64,000 nt of DNA, from contig CBDBMG010000003.1 in the NCBI GenBank assembly GCA_965207375.1, positions 512,001 to 576,000 of the forward strand, written 5' to 3'. The translations under genes and the position numbers were made by a program. Source of the DNA: Nitrosopumilaceae archaeon (GTDB lineage: Archaea; Thermoproteota; Nitrososphaeria; Nitrososphaerales; Nitrosopumilaceae). Shown piece after piece: positions 1 to 14,470 of the stretch; within the stretch, counting starts at the first letter, position 1, and every line of letters starts with the position of its first letter. Below the pieces are notes generated by a model. The model ran no database searches, was not told where the DNA came from, and saw only the letters and a list, made by a program, of their open reading frames with translations.

Positions 1-90
1 GGAGGGTGTATATTTTTATATACACCCTCCATTTCTCATTAGTGCATTATTTACATTACAAAAAGGTGTTGTTTACTATTAACATACAGT

Positions 91-717
91 GCGCCATTTG
101 TTTCAAAGTGATGTGCACTTTTGATTGGTTAATTTTTGCTAAAATACTGACTCAAATTTTGTAACACCAAAATACCGACTCGATTTTTGTACCACCGAAA
201 AAACCGACTCAATTTTTTGTAACACCAAAAAATTGGCTAAATTTTGTTTAACTAGGTTTTTGTAGCAGCAAAACTGTATAACTACGAATTTTGTATAGCT
301 AGCTACGTGGCGGTGTTTGTTGTAATTATTCAGCTTTGTGGCTATATAGCTGGTACGTAGCTAGCTAACTTATAGCTATATATAATTTTGTGTAAATATA
401 GCTACTTATAACTATAGCTAGCTACATGCTGTATCGCGATATAATTATAGCTAATGGAGTCTCAATAAGTGGAATATCCACGGTCGCCATCTCCGATTTG
501 TTCTGCTACTACGTTGACTTGGTCTTTAATTTTTGGCTATTACAAAATTGGTACTTGGGTATTGAAATTGAGTTGATTTTTTGTGTTGCAAAAATCGAGT
601 CGATATTTTTATACAAGTACAAAAATCGACTCAATATTTTATGGCCACAAAATATCGAGTCGATTTTTTAGCAAAAATTGACCCATCAAAAGTGCAGTAA
701 TTTGAAACAAATGGCGT
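91..717. mobile_element. Degenerate foldback/MITE-like element with imperfect ~170-bp inverted arms and subterminal repeats
   Basis: GCGCCATTTGTTTCAAA..GCACTTTTGAT at 91 is mirrored by ATCAAAAGTGCA..TTTGAAACAAATGGCG ending near 717. (C)GACTC(A/G)ATTTT-type repeats in the left arm appear as their complements in the right arm. Confidence 0.6.
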
Positions 718-1778
718 TCCATATTAATATGCATGTGATGTCATGTAAAGTGTGAATTAATTAGCATTTTTAGTTGTTTACTACAATGTGGATGAAAAAT
801 AATCCATAAGATTCAGCATAATACGAGCCACAAGGCCAGGAATCAGCAAAAGAGCCAACAGAATCAAGGCATGCACATGCTTTCAAGCCTACATGACGAA
901 TGCCATACACAGCAGTGCTGGTGCCGGTAACACGCTGTACAGCCGTCTTACAAGCCTTTGTTTAGTTAATGCTTCACTACCTTTTTACGATGTAGAAATT
1001 TACTCGTACCACAAATTTGCTGCCATTTAATTGCCCATTTTGCAGATAAGCTTGCCTAAAGCCATTTACTAATCACTAGAAATCGTTACCTTTGTTTTTA
1101 TGATGAAGGAACGATCCTGAATCCATCCTAACTGATTCGACTACAGCCTCAATTAACCTCACGTGACAATATATATTACTTGAGGGTGTGTCACATAACA
1201 GTTGTAACATGTGCACTCATGATTTGTCTGATATATCTGCACTCGCCCTGGGCGTCGTGCGTATATATCAGGCAAATCACTCGTGCCCATGTTACAACTA
1301 CGTATTACATAAGCTATAGGGTACTACATATAGCTTAAATTTATCCAGTTTATGAAGGTTAACTGAATGTAGGATTATAATTCAGCTACTTCAATTTGTT
1401 ACTTTCAATATTCTGTTGAGATAGCAACAAATATTAGATATTGGTATTTAGAAAATTCGAGAGGAATTTATAAGTGTGTATCTTACTGGTAACACTTATT
1501 GGCCATTGTTTTTAAATAACTATATTTAGACTATGGTGTGCATGATATGCCTTGATGTTTTAACATTAATTGGGCTTTTAAAATGTGATAGAGAACTTGC
1601 ACGAGGTTATTAAACCATTTAACTACTCAGGTGTGACACACAACGTTTTTCATTGACTAAATTCATTTCTATGGTAATTATGGCCTAGCCTATATATTGG
1701 TGAAGATAAGGTAAAAGGTATTAATAATTTTATATGATACAGAACCTTAGATTTGAATACAATATGATGTATACAAAG

Positions 1779-2121
1779 TAGTGTTGGGCGGTATCAATAT
1801 TTTACTTCTGGTATACGGTATTACAAATTCAAAATGGTATTCGGTATTCCACGGTATTTTAATCAAACACAACTAACATCTTATAGTGGGACAATGTGTT
1901 CAGTAAGTAAGCACGGTAGACAGTATAACATGTAATAATTTCACTACATGAAATATTAAAGTAGTATTAACACATATCACAAGACATGTGTTTTACTGTT
2001 TACCACCCTTTAATTAAACTGTCCCACTTTCGGTATTTGGTATCACTATCACTTTAAAGTAATACTGGTATTAACTTAATACCTTACCTAGCTAAAAATA
2101 CCAGTATACAGCCCAACACTA
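1779..2121. mobile_element. hAT-type MITE
   Basis: TIR TAGTGTTGGGC...GCCCAACACTA; 8-bp TSD ATACAAAG at 1771-1778 and 2122-2129. Confidence 0.85.
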
Positions 2122-2946
2122 ATACAAAGACATGTATTGTTGGGATACTTCAGTGGATAAACAATCTGAAGGAATGACACAATGATCACTGAGGCGGAGC
2201 CAAGGCAATTCTTGTGTCAATCTTTCAGGTTGTTTATCCATTGAACTGTTTAGAAATGCTTTCAACACTTAAAAAATTAAGCAATAAATTTTTAAAGCCC
2301 CATTCCATTTCATTTTGGGTTTTATGGCTTCCCATGCTGTACTAGTGGTGGTCTTGTTTACTGTAATTCAACTAATTGTCTACTTGAAATGCTAGCTATA
2401 CATCTTGGAAGATCAGACCCACTTTGAGGGTGGTCTTGCATGGACCTGTTAACTTGTTGTTGCATAGCTAGTTACCTAATGGGATAGCAAGGAACAGTGT
2501 GCTAATGCTGAGTTATTCACAGCTATAGCTGCTTTTATGCTACGTACTTTAAGGTTCCTGGCTCCAAAAATGCTTCAAAGGCAGTCTGGCAATTGGCATG
2601 CATTTAGTAGAAATGCACTATGTGTGGTGTGCATTAATTAGATTTCAATGTTATGAATATTTATCTGGAAACCTGTGACGATCTGGGCTCTATTAAACCC
2701 CATTCCTGGGAACATGTGAAGAACAAGAGATTGTATGCATTGCTGCATGAACATGAAGCAAAATTTGTAAAAGAAAATATATATATCAAGCCATCTAAGA
2801 TCAAAGTTGAATATTACTATTAGAAAATGGTATGTTGGTATTACTTTGAAGTGCAAGGTGTCTTATTTACGAAGACAAGTCTCTTACGTATTTACTAATT
2901 ATATAAGACACTTGTTGACACTTTGGCTGACCACACAGGGTGTTAA

Positions 2947-3652
2947 CCCCTTCACGGCTGAATTTCTGACGAACTTTACAGTTCTTCAGAAAAACCATTA
3001 TATTAAATCAGCCACAGCATATAATTCCTAGAAACCATATATAAAATTGTTCCTTATGGACCAGGGAACCCATTAATGATCTCAGGCTAACCGCAAAGGT
3101 TACCACAAACTAGTTATCTAACCTCAAATGGTGAAAAAACTGTTTATATTACCCGAAAGTAGCATGCGGGTAACATTAGCCATCGTTCTGAACTAAAATA
3201 GAGTTAAACGGCCATTATACATCTACTGTATATAGCGCAATTAATAACAAACCTTGTTTTGTCTACTTTTCAGAGAAACAGTAGCATCACGCATGCGCAT
3301 AAACACACGTGGACTGTCACGCCACCACACGAAAAACCACCAAACAATCATCTTCAACCTTTCTATCACTTACTAAAGGCTTTATTAATACAATAACGAC
3401 TATTTAACCTAAGATTATACTTCAACTCGCTCTTTTTAGAACAAAAATAATTTACACGATTGCATAACATGCGCGCAATAGTCCGCGAAGGCACCGGTTA
3501 TCCTAGTAACCGTACCCCTATGGGCGTGACGATTTTAGAATAGGCGCATTGAACATTGAAACGCGTAAAGATACATGTCCGCAGGATTTAAGCATACAGC
3601 CGCGCGAGTTATAACCTCAAACCGCCATATGGCGGTTACGGCCATGAAAGGG
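2947..3652. mobile_element. Non-autonomous piggyBac-type element
   Basis: TTAA at 2943-2946 and 3653-3656 flank termini CCCCTTCACGGC / GCCATGAAAGGG. TTAA TSD with CCC...GGG ends is the piggyBac signature. Confidence 0.8.
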
Positions 3653-4116
3653 TTAACATAATTAGTGCTGCCCACATGCAATCTTTTCAGTCAAATCATC
3701 AAAGCATTTTACAACCCTTTGAAATAAAACTGTCTTATTAATCGCTATAAAAGTAGTTCTTGGTCATCCATTTCACTGATATCCAAACCATTAGTGATTT
3801 GCAAGCCATTAGTAGTGATTTGCGTGATGTGCCGCGATAATCCATGCACTGCGATAGCCACTCTGTGGATTAACACCTGTCAGATGGGCTGCTATATTAT
3901 AGATTAATCATCAGGTCATTACGTTCTACAAATCCTATCGAAACAATAGGCTCGCGTCGAATCTGGCATGGCCAACTGAGCTTCTGTGGCTTGCCTCAGT
4001 TCTTACGCGCTAAACCGGGTAGCTAGCTAATAGGGTCGATGTACCACTTCTCTCAGCAGTCTTAGAACTAATTTATAATACGAAGGCTAATGAATAAGCT
4101 CCATTTTCTAAGAAAC

Positions 4117-4247
4117 TAAGACACTAGGGCTAGCGATTTCATGGTATAAACACCTTCAGAGTCAGTGTTAGAATGACACAATAGAAACCGAGTCGGACCT
4201 CCTCTTTAGGCGTTTATACTACGAAATCGCTAGCTCTTAGTGTCTTA
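4117..4247. mobile_element. Small MITE (~40-bp TIR)
   Basis: TAAGACACTAGGGCTAGCGATTTC...GAAATCGCTAGCTCTTAGTGTCTTA. Confidence 0.6.
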
Positions 4248-5669
4248 CTTATATGTATCCATGGTCATATTTAGCACTATATGTATTTTCCTTTTCAGTG
4301 ATCACAACCCACACAGACAGCATTCCCACACAGACAGCATTCCCACCCAGTAGTTAATTAATTGTTAACACCTTTTTACATAAACAGCTGCAGGGGTGGA
4401 TTTTGGGTGGGCAAGGGGGCCAGTGCCCCCCTTCAGAAATGTTTTGTAGTAATGTTAACTGTACTTGTAACAGCATGAAAACCCTACCTATGTAAGTAAG
4501 TTTAATCATTTCAGAGTTTATATACACATCACTCTCTGCATTATTGCTTGGGTAATCAAAAAATCATCTTTTACATGCATCCCTTCTCGCAAAAACAGTG
4601 GTGGGATTGATGAAGACTTTTCATGTCTTTCGGATAGTAGAAATAGTGATAAAGAGGAGGATGACAGGTATAGGTATGTTTGTACAAAATAAATTACATA
4701 GCTACATATAGTTGTTGGTGTAATGTTTTAGTCCAGCAACAGTAATAAGTTTATCAGATAGTGCAGATGAGTGTGATTGGGAAGGTGATGTAGCAGTTCA
4801 GCGGTGTCTAGAAGAGTCTTTACAGAAAGAAGTGGTTAATGAAAGGTACGTAGCTGGATAACATGAAAACATGTAATTGTTTTAGGGGGAAACTGCTTAG
4901 TAAACAATTCAATATTTGCATGGAAGTCTAAGTGTCACTTGTGTTTTTCCGGACTATTGTACTCATTAACACAGTATTATATTTTATGCAACTATGTATG
5001 TAACTATACTATTAAATTTCATCTCCACATACGTAGCTGACAAAAATGTAAGATCTTGACCTCAACATTTCTTTCTGATGCAAGCATGACCTTGTGTGTG
5101 GGCAGATTAGATACGTACTACTGCTACTAATTTTATTATATTAATGGCAAAATGTATCCAATACCCAGCTAACGATATCTATATTTGCTATAACTCCAAT
5201 TTACATGAATTAACATTTTACAGGTCAAAGTTGACTGTTGATAAAATTATCTCAGACCACCACAGACACAAAATTAACAATAACAGAATATGGCGCATCA
5301 CTGTAAGGCGGCAAAACATCTTTGAGGATATGATGAGAGCAATGGAAGGGTGTGTGGACTCAGAAGGAAAGTACCTGGATGTTAGATTTCTTGCTGAGCC
5401 AGCTATAGATGAAGGTGGGCTGACCAGAGAATTTCTGTTGACACTAATGGTTTGTATTTGGATGGTGCTCCTGGTCATCGTATTCCAAGACACAACGCTA
5501 TTGCAGTTCAGGTATAGTTAATAAATAATAATCAGTTGGCTTAATTGCTCTAGTTAGGTAGTGAACAGTGTGGCAGCACAGTTATGTTCACTAATAATTT
5601 ATTTTTAGTGATGTTCACTAATATTCATTAGTTAATTCTCTAAACATCAGTGAACATCACTATGCTACC

Positions 5670-5757
5670 ACTGTGCTCTGTCACTGTGCTCTGCCACTGT
5701 GCTCTGCCACTGTGCTCTGCCACTGTGCTCTGCCACTGTGCTCTGCCACTGTGCTCA
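5670..5757. repeat. 13-bp tandem repeat (CCACTGTGCTCTG) x~6-7
   Basis: Directly visible. Confidence 0.9.
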
Positions 5758-6873
5758 GCCGGTGTGTGCCTGGTTTCTTAAAATCCGCCCCTAAGCTATT
5801 AAAAACTATCCATGTGAAATGAAGCTGAATAACTGGCTAATCAAGTTTTTCACTCCTTTTCAGTTTCAGCATTTGCCATTGATACAATTGATGAGCGTGG
5901 CCTTAGTAACAAAGTGAGTTGTGAGTTACTGCCAAAGAAGACACTGTATCAGTAGTTCACTTAACAATTTTACTAGCCTGTAATTATTTACAAGATGAAG
6001 CATTTTAGTTTTAAAAGTGGGTGTGCCATGTGGGTTGTGAAACGTTTCATACCGTATAGTGGGTTATTTTCCTAGGTGCAAATTTTCCAGAATTTCCTGA
6101 ATGGGCTCACAACTCAGGAAAATTTATGCTGAGCAATTTCTATAGTTCGGTTGTGGGTTTGGTGTTGCATTTGCACATTTAATGCAAACACTACACAGCA
6201 AGGAAAACAGACACTATAACCTTAGGCAGGCACAGCAACTGCGAATGAATAGTCAGTACATTTGGCTCACTTATTAGCAAATATGGAAAAGTAGCTACTG
6301 TTGCTGGAGTCCACACAGGTCTGTATACATGTTATCTACACACCAAGATCTACACACACGGACTGAAGACTCCAGCTGGATAGCTATATACAGTGAATCG
6401 AAGGTAGCTCCGCATTGTGAGTGGAAGCTGTGTGACACGAACTAGCTACAAAGAATCCATTAAACATTGCGGAATTTTGATCGTGTGAACTCACGCGGGT
6501 GCCAGGTTTGTGAATTTCTAAATTGGGAAAATTTCTACTAAAGCTGAAGGTTCACCATTTGGAAAAAAATTACACCTAGGGAAAATAAGCTGTTATATGG
6601 TAGAAGACTGGCTTATAGGGGTATTACAGTAATTTTAAAACAGCTACTACTGTAAAATAGTTGTATCACTAGTTAATGTATGGGAGTATAAAGCCATTTT
6701 AAACTTAAAGTTTAAATGTGTAGCTATGTGTTGCTATGTGTTCCTTAGTGATGAGTCTGCTCACGTGACTTTATATTAATAGGATAGTAATTATGGTGTT
6801 TTCTTAACAGGTAACAGTAATCTAACTTATACAGCACCCGGCCTGGTTTTTAGATATTAGGACATCAACTTGT
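5758..6873 (+). mobile_element. Degenerate HINE/DINE-like element, family A, interrupted by a MITE (6050-6602)
   Basis: Reverse-complement similarity to 12528-13278 (GCCTGGTTTCTTAAAATC ... GGCCTGGTTTTTAGAT..CATCAACTTGTT). Inner TIR TACCGTATAGTGGGTTATTTTCCTAGG / CCTAGGGAAAATAAGCTGTTATATGGTA. Confidence 0.6.
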
Positions 6874-9800
6874 TTTTACAGTGTATGTACTCCCTATGAG
6901 ACAAGTTAAACAGTTAACATAATAATTTATGTATATAAACCAATGTGTTTATTGCATAAAATGATAAACCACACAGGTCTATATTGTAAGCCAGGAGAAA
7001 ATGATGGGTCAAAATATACTTGTGTCAGTAAAGAGGGGGCGAGACCTCTGCTTAATATTGTCAATAATACTCACTTGGGTGTTATCTTTGTATAGGATAA
7101 GCTTTTTGAGAAGATAGGCAAGATGATAGCAATGTCTGTCATACATGGTGGACCTGGGCCAACTTTCTTTGCATCTGCAGTTGTTGATTATTTAATAGGA
7201 GGAAGAATATCTTCAATCAAACCTGATTTGTCTGACATTCCAGATTTTGAAATACAATCCAAAATAACAATGGTATGTAGCTATATGTAGCTAACATTCA
7301 TGCACTATGAGTAATTGTGATTACCCAAAGCTGTCTGAGGTGTAATAACAAAGATATCCTAGATAGGCCAGTACTCTTTTGCTAATCCCCTCCCTCCTAC
7401 CACTAAGCATACTCTGAAAATGTTGGTGTCATGTGATCATATCAGTTTTCTATATCAACATTTCTCAAGCAAGTGTACATACAATTATACTCCCCCCCCC
7501 AACCATACTGTTTGTGGACTTGCATAAAGGCTGAAAAATTGTAAATGACCTTAAGAATACTTCTACCCTAGTGCATGGGGAGATCAAAGATAAAACTGGT
7601 AATATATGGTAGTTAAACCCTATGGTATAACACATTAAGTTATTGTTTACTCAAAATGTACTTGCATGCATTTCAATAGGTTTTTAACACAATGTTTTGA
7701 TAAAAACATGATAGATCAAAGCATGGGATAGAAAGTTTTGAAGTTCTCTGACATTACTATATACTCTAATAGAGCAGTCATCATGTTCTAATAAATCATT
7801 CACTTTTTAATGTAACATAACAGTCTTACCTTATTCACTGATTGTGCGTGAACTGGAGAAAGGTTTAACATTTGTGTTGACTCATGTAGCCACCACTGTT
7901 CTTAAACCTGGGCACTGCGCAAGGGCTCATCAAACAAATACCTGTATTTAAATGACCGATGCTTTGCCAGTTATTGTCAGTGATGTTTAAAATATGATAC
8001 GTTAAATATAATTAACATGAATTAAGTAGTTTTTTGTTGTTCTTACATTTCCATCCATACTCTTCACACCACATAAATGCAAATTATCTGGTGACTGGCT
8101 TGAAAAACTTGATTATGAATCATACTGGTAAAATGAAAATATATACATAGATATTGACTGATGGGACAATTTGGGTGATTAATTTTGCAATATAGCTAGA
8201 AAGATATTTCATAGCCATTTTTAAGTGCATGCAGGTACTGCATAATGTAATATTAATGTCAGAAAGCTTTATAAACCTTATTAGTGAAGGAGCAATGAAT
8301 TAATAAACAAACCTGGGATGCTTTTATAATTTGTTGTATTGTAACAATTTTTGACAAAGGTTTATTTCACATTTAGTTACAGAAAAGCCAAAACAAACAA
8401 GAATTCGAAACTCTTTTATCTTCAAAAGAATACGAAGAGTTATTAAAAGCTTGTGGAATTTATGGTACCAGATACTATTTTGAAAAGAAAAGATCATCCG
8501 TGCACTATTACTCCATTTTTCCATTGGTACATGCATAGTGGAACTTGATCAAATAAGAAAGGGGTTATCTTGCCTCCATTTTGACAGTTTGATCAAAAGC
8601 TACCCACAAATCATCAAAGCTGAAGTGTTTATGCCTCCACTTATTTTTTTAACTGCAAATTACATACAAGATAAATTTCAACCCGATCTATCTTCATTGG
8701 GGAGCACTAAGCGTCACCTAGAAGAGGCCATCATAATGTGTTGGATACAATATTTGCAGCATGTTGAAGGTACATAAACTACCTTTATAGAAACTTGGTG
8801 TTTCATTAATTGTGTTGTCTATTGTTTAGCCCTAGGTGAGCAAGCGTCACCATTGTTAAAAGATATTATGATCTTTTTGACTGGATGCGATTCAATTCCA
8901 CCTCTAGGATTCAATACAAGTCCCACGATTGAGTTTACTAATGAAGATCAACTTCCAATCTCATCAACCTGCTCCTTAACCTTGACTTTTTCTAGAAAAA
9001 TTAAAACCGAGTTCAATGATTTTAAAGAAGTAATGGATTTTGCTGTGCTAGGTTCAGAGGGTTTTGGCCAAGTTTGACATTAAAACTAGACACATCTACA
9101 TAGGTTAGCTAGCTATATATATTGATTAGCTATTGTATTTAAGTGGATTACATAAATAGTATCACAATCATCATAATTATATATACCCTTTGCTTATGGT
9201 ATCTTACTGACATTTATGCTGATTAATTAGTCTACCATGGTAGTGATGATGCAATACCAATTTTTGATCTGGCTTCTTGTTTGTTTGACTATGCTGTAGC
9301 TACTTGTAGTGCATGCTCAGTGCAGGAGCAGCTGAACTTACTCAAAGTTGTAGGGGCACAATTAACTAACAAGACACATTTCTATTGTGAAAAACTAAAT
9401 TCCTATGAACACTTATAAATTTTGTGTGGGCACGTGCCCCCAGTGCCCCTCTGGTTCCGCCACCTATGGGTCAATGGAGTTATATCCCTATAACTGCTAC
9501 CGTATATTCCAAATTGTTCAAGGTGAAAAATTTTATGGATGGATAAGGTACTGAAAATTCATTCCAGTGAAGTTTTAATGAAAATGTTCTCATGTGCATG
9601 ATCATGACTTTCATTTGCATGTGTGCTATACATAGAAGTTTATGTGATTTAGTAGCTAAATGCATCTGTTTAGTCAGTATGCTAAAATCAAATTACTTGA
9701 GCTTGGCAGATGTATACGTGCATGCAATCATGTGGTAGTTACATGTGGAAACTTATTTTGGTATAGCAGTTCAATTGTACAGCTATATAATTGTATATCA

Positions 9801-10014
9801 CATTGTCAATTCTGTATCTGCAGTATGTTGTCTGATCATTGCTTTTTGCTCAACTAATGTGACCTACCATTTTTAAAATTTAATATCTCTTGTTGTATAA
9901 AGCTATCTAAGATCAAAGTAAAAAAGTGTACTTTATTATCCATAATGTGCACTGTGTGCTACTAGATTATCCATGGTCATAATAAAGTGCTGTTCTATGT
10001 TTTCCTGTGATCAC

Positions 10015-10676
10015 AACGGGTAAGTGGAAAATGCGGACTCGCAGATTCCGCCGGAAACACGGAATCTCGGATTTTAAGGTTAAATCATATCACGTGCAGG
10101 ATATTTATTGCTCCATGTGATGTTTCCGACAAAATGGACGGAGGTAAAGGGAGTCATGGCACCTCTGACACGGAGTATTCTGTCACATAAAGATCCCCCC
10201 AGCTAAGAAGTACGTCTCAACATAACCCTACCTCTGATAGATACGTATCTCCATGGTAGGAAGTTTGAATACATGGTACTGCACTACACCATGATCATTG
10301 ATGGTTGCATGGATTAATTAACGAAATCAATCCTCGCCGTTATACATGTACATCATCGGCGAATCGCATTGACCTCAGGTCGAGTGTCAGTTGATGCTGC
10401 ATGCCCTCTTCGAGGATCCCTGTATCTATCAGAGTTACGTGTATTTATATCTATCAGAGGCAGGGTTATGTTGAGACGTACTTCTTAGCTGGGGGGATCT
10501 TTCTGTGATAGAATACTCCGTGTCAGAGGTGCCATGACTCCCTTCACCTCGGTCCATTTTGTCGGAAACATCATGTGGAACAATAAACATCCTGCACGTG
10601 ATATGATTTAACCTTAAAATCCGGGATTCCGTGTTTCCGGCGGAATCCGCGAGTCCGCGTTTTCCACTTATCCGTT
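10015..10676. mobile_element. MITE/foldback with ~230-bp TIRs, 3-bp TSD CAC
   Basis: AACGGGTAAGTGGAAAATGCGGACTCGC... is mirrored at 10445-10676. CAC occurs at 10012-14 and 10677-79. A paralogous empty site GTGATCACAACCCACACAGAC lies at ~4298. Confidence 0.85.
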
Positions 10677-10843
10677 CACAACCCACACAGACAACATTCC
10701 ATGTTTGTGGGTAGTTAATTACTTGTTGACACCTTCTATGTAAACACCATGCAAAACTGTAAACAAGTTGTAATTTAACATTTAATCCTACAATTTAATT
10801 GAATGAATTTGAAATATATATTTCACTTGGCTGCACCTTGTGC

Positions 10844-11759
10844 CAGTGGCGTAACTAAACCCGGGCCTACCCGGGCCTGGGCCCGGGCATCAATTTTGAG
10901 ATGTTTTTAGAAATGAAAGTCTAAGTTTATATCCAGTGACTACTATCAAATTGTGCGCAAGTAGCTAATCATAACATGCTAATATATACCTTAATGCTTT
11001 TATCTCCATTTATCGAATAGCTAGTATGATAGCCGAAACAAGCGCCACTAAAAATAATTTGTCACATGATAACTTATTATGGCCAAGCGCGTGTTTTGTA
11101 AGCAGTAGCAAAGTGTGATTTTGAGGTGAAATGGTTAAGTACTGGTGATTATCACGAGGAGCGTACACCATTTCTCTCAGATTATTTATGATTCAGTCAG
11201 TGAGTTCACGGACAAAATGGCGCGTAATCATGCCGGAGTGTATCAAGTAAGGCTCAAACCCTACATGGACAAAGGCAAGGATCATAGAATAGGCAACCTG
11301 CAATGGTATACAATCCATAGTGAGTTTTAAAATAGATTCAAAGACCTCTGCACACTTGGAGATTCGCAAGTCAAAGATTTAATGATTACCGGTGGCAAGA
11401 AAGAAGCAGCATCTCGCCAGCAAAAGTATAATTAATGCACAGATATAACCATGCACATGTAATATATTTAGCATATATTATAAACACTGAGCTGCAGGAA
11501 CAGGAGCTAATAGCTGGCTTCATGCATTTCTACAGTGTTCAGTAGGTCACAATGCACTTTTTGTTTAAATTAAAGATAATGTGAATAATTATATTTAACC
11601 ATTATACTGACGGAATGCACAAGACTTTTGGCAACTGAATGTACCCAGACAACAGACTGGAACTATGAACTTGTCTCACGATTACACTTAATCCGGCTAT
11701 TATATAAAGTATGTCAGTATCTGGGCCCTGGCATCAGGAGCAGGCTGGTTACGCCACTG
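10844..11759. mobile_element. hAT-type non-autonomous element
   Basis: TIR CAGTGGCGTAAC...GTTACGCCACTG; 8-bp TSD CCTTGTGC. Confidence 0.9.
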
Positions 11760-12527
11760 CCTTGTGCTATATTAGTCTCTTGACCACTCCCTTGTGCTAT
11801 AGATGTATTGCACTCATCCCTGTATTGTAACTAGTATATAAGGAAAAAGTTTCACAGTTGCCAATGCACCTGTGAAAATTTCCATCTCTAACAAATTGGT
11901 ATACTGTATGCATTCATCCTTTGATCTGCCCATGCACAGCAATGTGATATACAGTAGCTAGCAGTGCCTAACTGGTAAAGGACTAAAGGTAGATATACGA
12001 TGTAATTATCAGCCAGTTCTTGTCCCTTCAAAAATGAGACAACACATCACTTTTAGCACAATGCATATGTGAAGCTGAACTGATTTGTTAAATCAGTGCT
12101 GTAAGATATGAATCCTAATAGAGCACTCAATGATTGTGATTTCAACAGTTAGTGATAGTGCATAAATTTGGAGTTTTTATATAATGCACACAAATTACTG
12201 AATAAGGTAAAGCCTGTAGATGATCCTAGCTATAAAGACACAGTGAACATTGGAATTTAAAATACAATTACGTAGCTGTTAATAATAATTTGTATATCAT
12301 AAATTATTTTAATCCCACATCAATTACAATAATCCACATTCTGTGCTAACAAAAATCTATATTTTATATTTTTAATCATTTTACAGTACAACTCATGGAA
12401 GGCATGAAATTAAAAAAAAGAAAACAAGAATACAGTTGCACCAAAGGTCTGATGGCAACTTGTGTCACCAGCCTTAACTAAATTACAAGTAGATTATATA
12501 ATGATTGTTACATTAAACTAATTAACT

Positions 12528-13278
<751 letters not shown>

Positions 13279-13379
13279 AAACTATATAATAAGGAAAAGG
13301 GGAGGGATGCATGTTGATAATATCAGTCAGGTGTGAGGTCTTGAGCACCTTGAACAGCAGAGGTAGTGAAAAGTACAAA

Positions 13380-14470
13380 TATTATCATTACCAAAGTTCT
13401 TGGTAAAGTGATTCCATTTCAAAAAAGATGTATTTGTAGATACAGGTTGGGTAATATCTATGGGGGTAAAGAATTCCAAAGGCATGGCAGTCTACAAAAG
13501 TAAAAGTGATGGGATATGTTAGAAGAAGAGCACTGATGAATCAATTTATGAAAAGTAGATCTAGTATTTGAAACTCTGAACTTTATGTAGTCATTGATAT
13601 TAAAATGTTGGGTTGGGGATTTATAAAGAAGGTTAGATCATTTAATTTGTAAATGTACATCAAAGGTAATAAATTCAGACTCAAAAGACGTGATTTGTAA
13701 CAGGAAGTATAATCATTTAAAATATATTTGGTAGCTCTTCTCTGAACTCTACAAAATATCTTTTATAAGGTACGGACACCACACTTGGGAACAATATAAT
13801 AATTGCGATCTTATAGATATAAACGTTTTTTAACTAAATAGAAGTCAGTGGAAAAATTTTGATGAAGTAGTCCAAGAACCTTGTAAGCCTTGCCAATAAT
13901 TTGCTTATAATGACAACTCCAGTTCATGTTAGATGATAAAATAATGCCAAGGTTTTTAATTTCACCAACTTTAGAAATTGTCTTATTATTGAAAGTAAAT
14001 ATGTGCGAATTTAGAATAACTCAGTGTTAGAACTCTAGTGAAAAATGCTGTCAAGATCATCCTGCAATAATTGTATATCGTTGATATTAGAGATTGTTTT
14101 GACACACTTAGTATCATCAGCATAGATAAATGGTAGTGCAGATGTTAAACAACTGGGTAAGTCATTTATGCATAGAGCAACCAATATGCTACCCTGGGGA
14201 ACACCAGATGTAACATTGACAGGATGCAATAATGAGTTTTAATCCGCACATATTGTATGTGGTGGCTCAAGTATGCTTGAAACCACCTCCATAGAGCTCC
14301 AGTGATACCATATATACGACCTTGATTTCACTAAAAATTTGGAGTCTGGGACAGAGTCAAAAGCCTTTCTGACATCGAGATAGATAACATTATTTTTATT
14401 GCTTCCCTTTGCCTCAAGTAGATTATTTATAAACACAATTAATTGTAGTGTAGAGTGACCAGGAAAAATC
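13380..14470 (-). pseudogene. Decayed non-LTR retrotransposon (CR1/L2-type) reverse transcriptase
   Basis: VIYLDVRKAFDSVP, GVPQGSIL and YADDTK motifs in broken ORFs 14035-14478. Confidence 0.85.

Larger units (their letters stand above)
4599..9077 (+). pseudogene. HECT-domain E3 ubiquitin ligase (G2E3-like), spliced, frameshifted
   Basis: Exons at ~4732-4846 (AVQRCLEESL), ~5224-5510 (ITVRRQNIF..EPAIDEGGLTREF), ~7097-7272 (IGKMIAMSVIHGGPGPTFF), ~8382-8769 (ELDQIRKGL) and ~8830-9077 (IMIFLTGCDSIPPLGF..LPISSTCSLTL, with the HECT catalytic Cys position). Frame changes are needed at ~5433 and ~8490. Confidence 0.8.

Noticed and set aside
1-30. 12-bp perfect hairpin GGAGGGTGTATA..TATACACCCTCC
   Set aside because: At the window edge; probably part of a MITE but cannot be delimited.
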